From IMG/VR virus record IMGVR_UViG_3300049828_000097, positions 1-33,015 of that record: a stretch of 33,015 bases of DNA, one strand, 5' to 3'. Origin of the DNA: a virus. Lineage: Duplodnaviria; Caudoviricetes. The position numbers and the translations under genes were made by a program. How positions within the stretch are numbered: the stretch's first letter is position 1; every line of letters begins with the position of its first letter. Positions 14,586 through 23,395 of the stretch are shown here, in pieces. A model generated the notes under the pieces. It saw only the letters and a program-made list of their open reading frames with translations. It was not told the origin of the DNA and did not search any database.

Positions 14586-16510
14586 TAGTGTACCGAAGCC
14601 CGAACGTCCAGATCAACACCTGTCCAGCGCCACTGGAGCCAAGTGTTCATGTTAAAAGCAAACTGAAACTTACGACAAGTCCCAATGTTATTCATGTTCA
14701 TTGAAGGATTGCCCACCTGTGATGCAATATCAAACTCCCGTGTAATGTTGGGGGTTGGGCTACTGCTTCCATCTGCGCAACCAGCATTAATATCTTTGTA
14801 GATAGACAGAGTAAGACTTTGCCCATAGTCATCTAGTGCATTACCTGATCCAATATTGTAGTAAGTCCAATCCGTCAGTACCCGCATTCTGTAGATAGTC
14901 TTCTTATTGCTTGTTCCAAGATCCATTACGGAAGAAACATACATTACTGGAATAGTCCATGACCATTTGACTAACGAAGGTGATGCAGTGTTTTCCTGCC
15001 GAACCTCATCGTACTGAATAAGGTTAGATTGGCTGTAGTAATAGAACAATTCACATGGATGTATTGCGAAATTGTAAGAGAATGGTGCATTAGACCAACT
15101 ACCAAGAGTCAACCACACATATTGGTATGGAGCCGATCCTGTGTATATAGTAGCAACAAATAGACGTACTGTGGAGTAGTTTGAGTTCCTATATCCATGA
15201 TCGAAAGCAAGAGACCACCAAGTATTGGTGTCAATACTATACATTAGTTGTCCTGCCAAGTCGACATTTCCGGGCTTCTCATCTTCATCAGAAGCAATGT
15301 AGTCATACGGAGTGCGTGTCGCTACACCAGTCGTTAGCATTCGCTGCCCGTGCATAGTAATACATTGGAGATAGGCGGAATACGCACTTCTGTTCAGAAG
15401 ATGCAAAGCAGGGTTGTTTCCACCAACTTCTTGGAGGCTATACCCGCTGACTTTGTACATATTGATTTTGCCACTATCTCCACTCCAGCCCATAAAGAAC
15501 AACTCATCGTCTACTGTAGTGTAGGCTTGAGCATTCAGCATACCAGTTTTGAAGTACGCCTGCTGCGTTCTACGAATAGGAAGTCCCGGCTGGGCTTGTC
15601 CTTCATCGTTGAAGAATTCAACAGAGCTTTGGCCGAAAGCTAGGATATGATGCTTATACCGCACCAATCCCACACCACCATCTGGGGCCTGTTGTGCCGC
15701 CAGATAGCCCGCAGCATTCCACACATTGATCTGCGGATAGAATGTGGGTCCAGTAAGAGACGGATATGAACCGTGGATATATCCATCCACCGTCATAATA
15801 TAGTGGACATTGTTTAGCTGAACAACAGCACCCACAATACCCTTAGCTGGAGTATTGGTAGGAAAGGCGCTCTGCTGGGCAGGAAGCCATCCACCGGGAA
15901 GTGCGACACCAGTCTCACCCACCCAGTTTCCTCCAGAATTGAGGTTAGTTGACCACGCAAAGAAGGCATCGCTGTTGGCTGCTGTTGATCCAGTAAAGGC
16001 AACGGGGTGAATAGTCATCGCAAACCCGACATACTGGTTGTGTTGGATTTGCGTAAGATGGACAGCATACTCAACACTATTAAGACTATAACCTGTAACC
16101 GTCCCGAGAAGCGTGAGGTTTCCTGTGCGAGGACGATATTCCACTACCCGTATTTCCGTGTTGGGAGAGTTAAGAACCTCGTAAGCTACGATAATGATCT
16201 GATAGTCTCCGGTACCCTTAAGACCCAAAACAGCTTTCGGCGTAGCTGTCTGCACAGCCAGCGCAGTTCCCCCAAACGCTGCAGTAAAGTCCATGGTGTA
16301 CTCGTTGGGAAACATAAATCCGGGACGAGTTACAAGAGAGACCTTTCCAGCATCTTGCGAAGTTGGATTCTTATCTATGACAGGAAAGCAGTTTACAAGA
16401 AGTTGTTGCGGATAGTATGAAGAGTCAGCACCATGAAAGGTGCCCATCTCTTCTATACCATACATCGGTAGGCGAACTGTTTGGAGTCCGCTTTCGTCTT
16501 GCTGCGCCAT
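14585..16510 (-). CDS. tail hub / nozzle protein (P22 gp10-like, beta-propeller)
   Basis: About 641 aa from ATG 16510 (RBS GGAGG); LVNCFP, TRPG, PDGGVGLVRYKHHILAFGQSSVEFFNDEG motifs; follows the adaptor. Confidence 0.7.
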   Translation of the reverse strand: MAQQDESGLQTVRLPMYGIEEMGTFHGADSSYYPQQLLVNCFPVIDKNPTSQDAGKVSLVTRPGFMFPNEYTMDFTAAFGGTALAVQTATPKAVLGLKGTGDYQIIIVAYEVLNSPNTEIRVVEYRPRTGNLTLLGTVTGYSLNSVEYAVHLTQIQHNQYVGFAMTIHPVAFTGSTAANSDAFFAWSTNLNSGGNWVGETGVALPGGWLPAQQSAFPTNTPAKGIVGAVVQLNNVHYIMTVDGYIHGSYPSLTGPTFYPQINVWNAAGYLAAQQAPDGGVGLVRYKHHILAFGQSSVEFFNDEGQAQPGLPIRRTQQAYFKTGMLNAQAYTTVDDELFFMGWSGDSGKINMYKVSGYSLQEVGGNNPALHLLNRSAYSAYLQCITMHGQRMLTTGVATRTPYDYIASDEDEKPGNVDLAGQLMYSIDTNTWWSLAFDHGYRNSNYSTVRLFVATIYTGSAPYQYVWLTLGSWSNAPFSYNFAIHPCELFYYYSQSNLIQYDEVRQENTASPSLVKWSWTIPVMYVSSVMDLGTSNKKTIYRMRVLTDWTYYNIGSGNALDDYGQSLTLSIYKDINAGCADGSSSPTPNITREFDIASQVGNPSMNMNNIGTCRKFQFAFNMNTWLQWRWTGVDLDVRASVH

Positions 16511-16512
16511 GC

Positions 16513-17265
16513 TTACTCTACCTCCCAATTAGGATACGGTTGGAGGAACAAGCTTCCAGTTTGTTGGTCGAAAGCCAACGCTATCGCCTTATGTGTCTGT
16601 GCCTTCTTGGCAATCTGCGCCCGTTCTGCGATAGGGACACCGTACTCGTAACAGATCTGGTCGGCTAGTGCCCAAGTTAGGGCATTGAACAGATACGAGG
16701 GTACATCCGGATGATCCCCAGCAGCATCGAAATCAGCAATAGGAGCAATCGACCGAACGAGAATATCTCCCGTACCAGAAGCGTCCGAGATAAAGTCTGC
16801 TGACGGAATCGGCCACATATAGAAGCTCACAGTAGGCTCGGTATAAGTGGAACCATTGTACCTGTACGACCAGAACTGTGGCACGCCTGTAAGGGTTGTC
16901 GGAGAAAGAGCATTGAAATCTACCAACGTCTTCTCTTCCAAAGGTACAATAGTAGTGACTCCATTAAGCGTTTTACGCCGCATTACTACTAGAATTTTTT
17001 GTGGGGCCGCTCGATTGATTCCCTGACCAATACCGATAGTATGAAGCACAGTACTAGTAGGAGTGAAATACCAGCCTTCTTCCTTCCACAACAGCATACC
17101 GTCAGCTTGCCACTCCTTGATGATGTCATTCAGGGCAAATGTAGCCTCAGTAACAGCAGCAGCGGGCGCCGTTTCTCCCTGCCCAAGAGCTCCAACAATA
17201 CGCAGAGCTCTAGCAATGATCTGGTCCCTAGTTGGAACATAGTTGTATGAAGAAGAGATAGTCAT
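16513..17265 (-). CDS. head-tail adaptor / tail tubular protein A-like
   Basis: IIARALRIVGALGQGE...ALNDIIKEWQADG, GVPQFW, MWPIPS, ALTWALADQICYEYG pattern typical of podovirus adaptors. Confidence 0.75.
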   Translation of the reverse strand: MTISSSYNYVPTRDQIIARALRIVGALGQGETAPAAAVTEATFALNDIIKEWQADGMLLWKEEGWYFTPTSTVLHTIGIGQGINRAAPQKILVVMRRKTLNGVTTIVPLEEKTLVDFNALSPTTLTGVPQFWSYRYNGSTYTEPTVSFYMWPIPSADFISDASGTGDILVRSIAPIADFDAAGDHPDVPSYLFNALTWALADQICYEYGVPIAERAQIAKKAQTHKAIALAFDQQTGSLFLQPYPNWEVE

Positions 17266-17275
17266 TACTTATCCT

Positions 17276-18589
17276 TTAGAGAATAGTGGGGCCAGAAACA
17301 ACATCGATAAGATATGGAATAAATGACGAAACTACTCCTGTGTCGGGATTCCCATACACAGTTCTGTATGTATTGTTATAGAAGTGAAGGGCACTATTGA
17401 AACTCTCTGCGTCTCCCCCGGCAGAAGCAAAAGACAGATTATTAAGAGTTGGGAAAGTGGGCGCTGAGGAAGCAAAACAAGTAACATAGTACAGTTGACT
17501 TGTCATCAAAACTCCCGGAAAGTCGTTAACTGGGAAGTAGTTCCATTGTCCGGGTAGAGCCAAACCATACGAGCCCATATCCCACTCTACCGCATTGTTT
17601 GTCCAAATCTGCAATCGCACAGAGTTAACAATTGAGCCGGGATTAAACCACCTAATTCCTTCCAGAGTGCGTTGTTCTTGTGGGATAAATCCCATAGAGA
17701 GTTGGTAGGCTCCAAAACCAGCTTCATATGTACGCCCACCAGAAGCTCGCATCCAAGTTGGGGTAGCAAAGTTGATGTCAAACACACCAACATTGTCATC
17801 CTTGATTCGGGCATTCTCAATGGGCTTAAAGAGTACATCCAAACCAAGTTGGCTTGAATCTGTACTAGGACTATACAAATTAGTAGGCGGTAAAGTATAT
17901 ATATCTTGCGGATCTGATCTATGTAGATACTGACCATGCTGAAAATACTCTGTATCCGTTCCTTGGAACAATCCAAATCCAAGAGAGAGTTCAGTGTACA
18001 CAGGAGGAAACCCGGCCACAGCTTGGTTCGTGTATACACGAGATAGAATATACGTTCGATACTGCTGAAGATGCACAGGGAACTTGAAATGCCTTTCGTT
18101 CCAACCATTATGGAACGGAGGCCCAAAAGTTTCCGAATGTAGCAGAGTCCAACTAGTCGTTACTCCACCAGCCCGTTCATTCAATCCATACAGAGCAATC
18201 GTGTAATACTGTGTATTATCTTGGCTACTATATCCAGAGGTAGTCTTGTCCACATAGAACTTGGCACCGTATGCATATCCCTCGACTAGACAGTTGAAGC
18301 CAACCCCACCATGGGCGCTAGTTGCAGGAGCAGAAGTAAAGGACATGGCAGAAAGAGCATTGTCGTAGATCCCGGTATAGTATGCCGGGATAACCTCTTG
18401 CGGACGGGTGAAGGGAAGCGGATGGTGGTCATTCTTGTTCTTGAAGAAGTCGAGCACATGGCGCGTTTCGAAATCCTCATCACAGACCATCAAACCATCC
18501 CAACGCTTACGCAGTTCGCTGGCCTTGAACTGAAAGCCGCAAACATCGCAAGAAGCATTGTAGGAGTAGGAACCGCCAACAGTACTCAT
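17276..18589 (-). CDS. Zn-knuckle structural protein fused to tandem DUF4082-like beta-sandwich domains
   Basis: Probable start ATG 18589 (TAATG overlap). N-terminus CDVCG...RWDGLMVC..DFETRH, then two repeats of a G.GF...G..F/W...GW....F...Y...DV.F pattern. Confidence 0.6.
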   Translation of the reverse strand: MSTVGGSYSYNASCDVCGFQFKASELRKRWDGLMVCDEDFETRHVLDFFKNKNDHHPLPFTRPQEVIPAYYTGIYDNALSAMSFTSAPATSAHGGVGFNCLVEGYAYGAKFYVDKTTSGYSSQDNTQYYTIALYGLNERAGGVTTSWTLLHSETFGPPFHNGWNERHFKFPVHLQQYRTYILSRVYTNQAVAGFPPVYTELSLGFGLFQGTDTEYFQHGQYLHRSDPQDIYTLPPTNLYSPSTDSSQLGLDVLFKPIENARIKDDNVGVFDINFATPTWMRASGGRTYEAGFGAYQLSMGFIPQEQRTLEGIRWFNPGSIVNSVRLQIWTNNAVEWDMGSYGLALPGQWNYFPVNDFPGVLMTSQLYYVTCFASSAPTFPTLNNLSFASAGGDAESFNSALHFYNNTYRTVYGNPDTGVVSSFIPYLIDVVSGPTIL

Positions 18590-18825
18590 TAGACTATCCA
18601 CCATCGGCGTGATACGCCGTCCGTTTTGTCCTTTGACACTCCACCAATTGGAGTGCCATCCTCTGCGAGAGCAACATCTGATACGCCACCGCCATGCCCG
18701 AAAGGAAGCTCAGATACTCCACCCACCCAAACGCCAGTAGGGCCGGGTGGTGCCCCACCGAACCCTGACCATACAATTTGAAAAGCGTTGTATTGAAATG
18801 CATTCTCTTGGAAGGCGGTTGTCAC
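18589..18825 (-). CDS. small protein with N-terminal AFQ repeats
   Basis: GTG start with RBS GAGGA; MTTAFQENAFQYNAFQI then repeated GGVS; coupled on both sides. Confidence 0.7.
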   Translation of the reverse strand: MTTAFQENAFQYNAFQIVWSGFGGAPPGPTGVWVGGVSELPFGHGGGVSDVALAEDGTPIGGVSKDKTDGVSRRWWIV

Positions 18826-18826
18826 C

Positions 18827-19342
18827 TTATCCTCGTTTGGTTAGTGTAGTAATCAAGTCCTCAGCAGCCTCTTTGAACCATTGGACTGCATATTGTTGGT
18901 AGTCAAGATTCCTGCTACGAATGGCTTGGTTCAGAGAGTATCCCCAAGTTGCGTCGAAGTCACAGGTGTACTCTGTGTTATGCGGAGCCTGTGAATCCCG
19001 CCATTCCTTCTTCAAGTAGAAATACCACATCTCACAGACCGGAGGCCATTGATGGGTTAGATCACCAAAGGCCCGAGTTGACGCCCAATGGGGCGTGATA
19101 ATCGTAGCTTTTCCTCCGGGCTTAAGAACCCGATATAGCTCGTTCACAAAATGAACTCGTTGCTGCGCTGTAAGATGTTCTACAACATGGTTGCACCAAA
19201 CCTCTTCCACTTCACCCTCTGCCCACGGCCAAGTATCTTTGCCCGCATCCAGAACCACATCTACACCTTCGAAGTTGATGATATCTACACCAACAAACCC
19301 CTCTCGCTTATTCTTACCACACCCAATGTCTACTTTCACCAT
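18827..19342 (-). CDS. class I SAM-dependent methyltransferase (Methyltransf_11-like)
   Basis: Motif I VDIGCG, GFVGVD, HVVEHL, ELYRVLKPGG; no DPPY/NPPY or PC motif, so not a DNA methyltransferase. Confidence 0.9.
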   Translation of the reverse strand: MVKVDIGCGKNKREGFVGVDIINFEGVDVVLDAGKDTWPWAEGEVEEVWCNHVVEHLTAQQRVHFVNELYRVLKPGGKATIITPHWASTRAFGDLTHQWPPVCEMWYFYLKKEWRDSQAPHNTEYTCDFDATWGYSLNQAIRSRNLDYQQYAVQWFKEAAEDLITTLTKRG

Positions 19343-20049
19343 GTAACATCGCTCCCTATATCATAGTGTCCAACTAGGACACTGCAATCAATTGCACACC
19401 GATATCCATACTTCTTGGCGTCTCCCCAGAAATACAGATCTTGCGTACCTACACCATCTGCTCCTGCCGAAGTCTTGAACCACGGCTTGCGAAGCTTGTC
19501 ATCCTTGAACATGGAGAGTCTCCATAGATTGAACCCCATGCCTGTACCATTGCACTCTACTAGCGCACCCGGAACTGGGGGCTGCGGTCGGAAATTAAGA
19601 ACAGGGTCTTTTGGATCGCCCCAAATCTGGGGAACCCCGCCCTCTCCCTTAGTCCAATACAGACCACCAATACAAGAAAATTCCGGATGCTCTTCCATAT
19701 CCTTGATGAGCTTCAACACCCCATCCGGAGGAGGAATATTGTCATGCTCTAGGGTAAGAAGATATTCCCACTCCCTCAGTTCAGGATGGGCGAGGATCTG
19801 CTCGATAGCCGTACTGTAAGCATCCCCAACTTCCATACCAAGACACAGCATCCGGTATACTCCTTGGTTGGGGGGAAAGATCAGGTTCCAGTGACTAAGC
19901 GCAACCTTCGCCGCAATCGTATTTGAGCTCGGAATCAGTACAACCACTCGTTGCTTTTTCCATGTGCCGCCTTCAAGAATCTTCCTAGTTGCTTCTTCTA
20001 GATTACCGTTGTGCTTGCCGAAATCGTAACTCACCAACTCTGGTTTCAT
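19336..20049 (-). CDS. GT-A fold glycosyltransferase (GT2-like)
   Basis: VVVLIP first strand, YLLTLEHDN (DxD-equivalent), IGGLYW, GTGMGFNLWRLSMF, TQDLYF (ED-motif equivalent), GYRCAIDCSVLVGH. Confidence 0.8.
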   Translation of the reverse strand: MKPELVSYDFGKHNGNLEEATRKILEGGTWKKQRVVVLIPSSNTIAAKVALSHWNLIFPPNQGVYRMLCLGMEVGDAYSTAIEQILAHPELREWEYLLTLEHDNIPPPDGVLKLIKDMEEHPEFSCIGGLYWTKGEGGVPQIWGDPKDPVLNFRPQPPVPGALVECNGTGMGFNLWRLSMFKDDKLRKPWFKTSAGADGVGTQDLYFWGDAKKYGYRCAIDCSVLVGHYDIGSDVTW

Positions 20050-22193
20050 TAATCACTCCTGCCAAAAGAGAAAACTCTAGGTCTGTAATGCACTGAGGCT
20101 ACTGTACCTTCAACATCAGATTTAGCAATGGAATTGGGAAGTGCTGATGTGTTAAACGTAACTCTCCCTTGGAACGGCTGAAGATGGTTTGAAGCCGATC
20201 TAGGAGACATGAACCCAATCCCAGAAAGTCCAGTGTTAATCTGGGATATTACCATATAACTGAAAGTTGCGTTAGCACTAGAGCTACTGGACCTTGCCAT
20301 ATTAGCCACTACATAGTTTCCGGGGGTTATGCTAGTGTTCCCAAGTCCCAAGGTAATAACCCGCACGCCGCCCACGTTACTGGCACTATTCTGCGTTCCA
20401 GAATGAGTAAGCGCGGTAGTCAATAGGAATGAGGTATAGAGACTAAGCTGCGTACTGTTGGCATAAGTATACAAACCAAGATACTCACTGAGAGTATATT
20501 GTCCCGTACTGTTGGTCGCCCCAGAAAATAACCAAGGGAAAGCAAGGTTATTAAAAGAGATGTAGGCAGGGACCGCTACCGGCCAAAGATAAACAGAGCT
20601 ATTATTGAATGCATTGAACAGCGATTCAGCCCCATACCCAAAAGGATCCCAACCTCTATCCAAGGTAACGCCACCACCACCACCACCTCCGACAATGGAG
20701 AGACTAACACTTGATCCATTGATGGATTGGGACAGGGTAATGTTGTTACCACCGTGAAAGATAAACTGAGCTCCTGCCCCATCTACGGTACCAGTGGTAC
20801 CAGCGGTATTACCGTTGGTCGAAACGCCGATGTTGATAGGATTGAACGAAGCAGTCACTTGGGAGCTATCGGACATCCCAAAGGTTACATTGTTGCTGTT
20901 CGCAAAGACGATGGTTCCGCTAGTTCCGGTCTGGGTTCCAGCCGCGATGTTCGGACCAGTCTGGTTAATGACGCCGCCACCCGCCCCCGACAGGGACAGG
21001 GTGAAGCCCGCGCTGTTGCTGGCCGTGGTACCTGTCAGGTTGGTCAGGGCAAGGGTAGGGTTCCCATGGCTGTGGTTGGACTGCGCTGCCGTCGTCAGGA
21101 AGGCAGGGACATTCAAGGACAGGCCGCTGGAGTTGACGGTCCACGACACGCCGTTGGCGGTCAGGGCCGTGTTCAGGCCGATAGCGTCGTTAGAGGCCCT
21201 AGCCGTGGTCAGGTACGCTCCGGGAGCCTGCGCCGTGGTCAGGTATGGCGGGATGGCAATCGTCGCTCCTGCGCTGTTTGTAGTGGCTACAACGATAAGG
21301 CTGCCGTTAGTTGTCGTGGTAGCTAGGTTATGCGAGTGGTTCGACTGGGCAGCAGTAGTAAGGCCGTTATGGGAGGCAGTGATTACTGCTCCATTCTCCC
21401 CAAAAGAAATACCATTAGCGTCTTGGAATTGCCACGAGGCCGCAGCATTATTCTGGGTACCAGCCGAGATATTGATCTGCCCATAGACCTGAGCATAGAT
21501 CCCATTGGTGCTAGTCGAGAACTGAACTTGTTGAGCAACACCAAGACCTCCATTGTGGAAGTTCAGGGTAGTAAATTGGAAGGAACCATTCAAGGCAGAA
21601 GCAGCCACATTAGCCCCACCAGAGGGAGCAGAGCCAGTAATGGTCGAACCAGTCAGGCCAAGAGTAATATTACCTGAGCCATTGGAGTTACCAGCCCACA
21701 ACAGAGGCATAGTGCTGTCTGCGGTACTATTCGTAAACTGCGCCGAGTTGTAACCATCTCCAGCCCCGCCAACACCAGCGGAGAGGGACAGAGTGAAACC
21801 GTTGCTTGCACTCGCGGTAGTCCCAGACAGATTGGTAAGGGCCAGCGTAGGATTACCATGGCTGTGATTTGATTGGGCGGCGGTAGTCAGGTAGGCACCC
21901 GGAGGCTGGGCTGTAGTCAGCCAATTCGGATTACCACTAATAACAAAGGAGCCATTGGAGGCTCCCACGGTGATGGCACCCATACCCGCAATGGGGATGT
22001 TGGTACCGGAAAGAGTAGACGAGTTAGTGGTGTTCCCCTCAAACGTGAGGAACATCTTGTGATTGCTATTCCAATCGGACGGACGAACCAAATCGGTGGC
22101 CGCGATAGTCTGCGAGCCACCTGTCTGGTTGTACACCGTCACCGTCCCGGTGAAGTCCGGGACGGCATTGGTTTTAACGTGCAGCAGATTCAT
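20049..22193 (-). CDS. Ser/Thr/Asn/Gly-rich repeat fibre protein (head or tail fibre)
   Basis: 714 aa, very few charged residues, internal repeats with HSH motifs, poly-Gly hinge before an approximately 200-aa C-terminal beta domain. Confidence 0.7.
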   Translation of the reverse strand: MNLLHVKTNAVPDFTGTVTVYNQTGGSQTIAATDLVRPSDWNSNHKMFLTFEGNTTNSSTLSGTNIPIAGMGAITVGASNGSFVISGNPNWLTTAQPPGAYLTTAAQSNHSHGNPTLALTNLSGTTASASNGFTLSLSAGVGGAGDGYNSAQFTNSTADSTMPLLWAGNSNGSGNITLGLTGSTITGSAPSGGANVAASALNGSFQFTTLNFHNGGLGVAQQVQFSTSTNGIYAQVYGQINISAGTQNNAAASWQFQDANGISFGENGAVITASHNGLTTAAQSNHSHNLATTTTNGSLIVVATTNSAGATIAIPPYLTTAQAPGAYLTTARASNDAIGLNTALTANGVSWTVNSSGLSLNVPAFLTTAAQSNHSHGNPTLALTNLTGTTASNSAGFTLSLSGAGGGVINQTGPNIAAGTQTGTSGTIVFANSNNVTFGMSDSSQVTASFNPINIGVSTNGNTAGTTGTVDGAGAQFIFHGGNNITLSQSINGSSVSLSIVGGGGGGGVTLDRGWDPFGYGAESLFNAFNNSSVYLWPVAVPAYISFNNLAFPWLFSGATNSTGQYTLSEYLGLYTYANSTQLSLYTSFLLTTALTHSGTQNSASNVGGVRVITLGLGNTSITPGNYVVANMARSSSSSANATFSYMVISQINTGLSGIGFMSPRSASNHLQPFQGRVTFNTSALPNSIAKSDVEGTVASVHYRPRVFSFGRSD
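20988..21890 (-). repeat. internal protein repeats of the fibre gene
   Basis: 37-codon unit LTTAAQSNHSHGNPTLALTNL(S/T)GTTAS..GFTLSLS at 21780-21890 and 20988-21098 (34/37 aa identical); partial third copy LTTAAQSNHSH at 21330-21362. Confidence 0.9.
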
Positions 22194-22696
22194 TATCCAA
22201 CCAAGGAGCGGAGTTTGGCTTCCTTCTCAGCCAGAGCTTGCCTCTCAGCCACAAGAGACTCCTTCTGGATCTTGAGACTCTCCAATTCTTGCGCTGCTTT
22301 GGCACGATCAGCAGCAGCGGCCTCAGCTTCGGCCTTTGCCCGCTCTTCGTGCTCTTGCGCCTTAGTACGATAGAGATCTACAGTCTTGCGGATCTCAGCA
22401 ATCTGGAGCGCCTGCTCCTTAAGATCCTTGATATCCTTTTCACGCTGCTCAACCCAAGCTTCTTCCTTAGCCTTCTGTACGGCTTGGGCTTCCTCGACCT
22501 CACGAGTAACGCGAGTGACATAGGCATCTGCGTTATCAAGCTTGATCTTGTCAGCCATCACCTTCTTGAAAGCCTCGGCTTCAGTCTTGTAAGCTGTAAT
22601 AGTCTTCTGAAGATCTGCGGGGTTAGAGAGCAGAGTCAGAAAGTCGGAAAAGGCGTAGACACGTTCCAGCTTGTCGTAGTCGATAGACAGTCCCAT
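22193..22696 (-). CDS. coiled-coil hypothetical protein
   Basis: 167 aa, Glu/Lys/Ala-rich heptads; RBS AAGGAG; TAATG-coupled to the fibre gene. Confidence 0.75.
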   Translation of the reverse strand: MGLSIDYDKLERVYAFSDFLTLLSNPADLQKTITAYKTEAEAFKKVMADKIKLDNADAYVTRVTREVEEAQAVQKAKEEAWVEQREKDIKDLKEQALQIAEIRKTVDLYRTKAQEHEERAKAEAEAAAADRAKAAQELESLKIQKESLVAERQALAEKEAKLRSLVG

Positions 22697-22705
22697 AGCT
22701 ACTCC

Positions 22706-23020
22706 TTATCGCGCCTGAAGCACAGTCATCACAGCAGAACCAGTCGTACCAGCCGTAATGACCACCTTGATCCCGCGAACCGGGAAGGCGTAGTTGCCAT
22801 CCGAGTTAGCGGTCTTGCCGGTGACAGACGAGTGATCGAACCAAGTAGGCGTTACAGTCGGATCGAAGATGTTATCGAACGTATGTTGCACCTTGTATGT
22901 ACAGTCGCCGGAACGAACCACGCCAAAGCCTACGGCAAAGTTCTCTGCCAGATGGTCAATGGCGACGATAGCAGAATCCGGAACTGCAATTGTGGCGGTA
23001 ACTTTAGTGTCACGAGACAT
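22706..23020 (-). CDS. small beta-rich virion structural protein (putative head decoration)
   Basis: 104 aa, RBS GGAGG, YKVQHTFD and NYAFPVRGIKV motifs, capsid-like codon bias. Confidence 0.65.
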   Translation of the reverse strand: MSRDTKVTATIAVPDSAIVAIDHLAENFAVGFGVVRSGDCTYKVQHTFDNIFDPTVTPTWFDHSSVTGKTANSDGNYAFPVRGIKVVITAGTTGSAVMTVLQAR

Positions 23021-23032
23021 AGTTACCTCCTA

Positions 23033-23395
23033 TTAGGTATTGCTATAGCGACCGACAAGGAAGACGTAGGTACCGGCCGTGGGCGAAAGGCTGCCAGCAG
23101 TCGGATTTACGAAGCTCATCGAAACAGAATTCGCACCGTTTTGGACGACACCAACAACGCCGGTAGCGTTGGTGATGGGGTTCTTGATGCATTGAACGAA
23201 GTTGTCGCTGGTCGAAACACCAGTCACCGTCAGGGTTTGCGCAGCAACAGTAGCCGCAGCCACCGCAGCAGGGGTCAGCGAAGCCTCGATCACACGAAGC
23301 TGGGTCAGCTTGGTTTCGTTCAGATCACCCGCCGAGGACGACGGGCGACCATCACGGACGATCAGACCATTAGTAAAACGAGATGCCTTAGACAT
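23033..23395 (-). CDS. small virion structural protein (putative head decoration/fibre)
   Basis: 120 aa, RBS GGAGG, Ala/Thr/Val-rich, directly downstream of the MCP. Confidence 0.65.
   Translation of the reverse strand: MSKASRFTNGLIVRDGRPSSSAGDLNETKLTQLRVIEASLTPAAVAAATVAAQTLTVTGVSTSDNFVQCIKNPITNATGVVGVVQNGANSVSMSFVNPTAGSLSPTAGTYVFLVGRYSNT

Noticed and set aside
18827-19342. Methyltransferase as a DNA methylase / restriction-modification component
   Set aside because: No DPPY/NPPY or PC catalytic motif, too short, and it sits among virion genes.
20988-21890. Fibre repeats as a diversity-generating retroelement TR/VR pair or CRISPR-like array
   Set aside because: Differences are mostly synonymous and not adenine-specific, both copies are within one ORF, and there is no reverse transcriptase or regular repeat-spacer pattern in the window.
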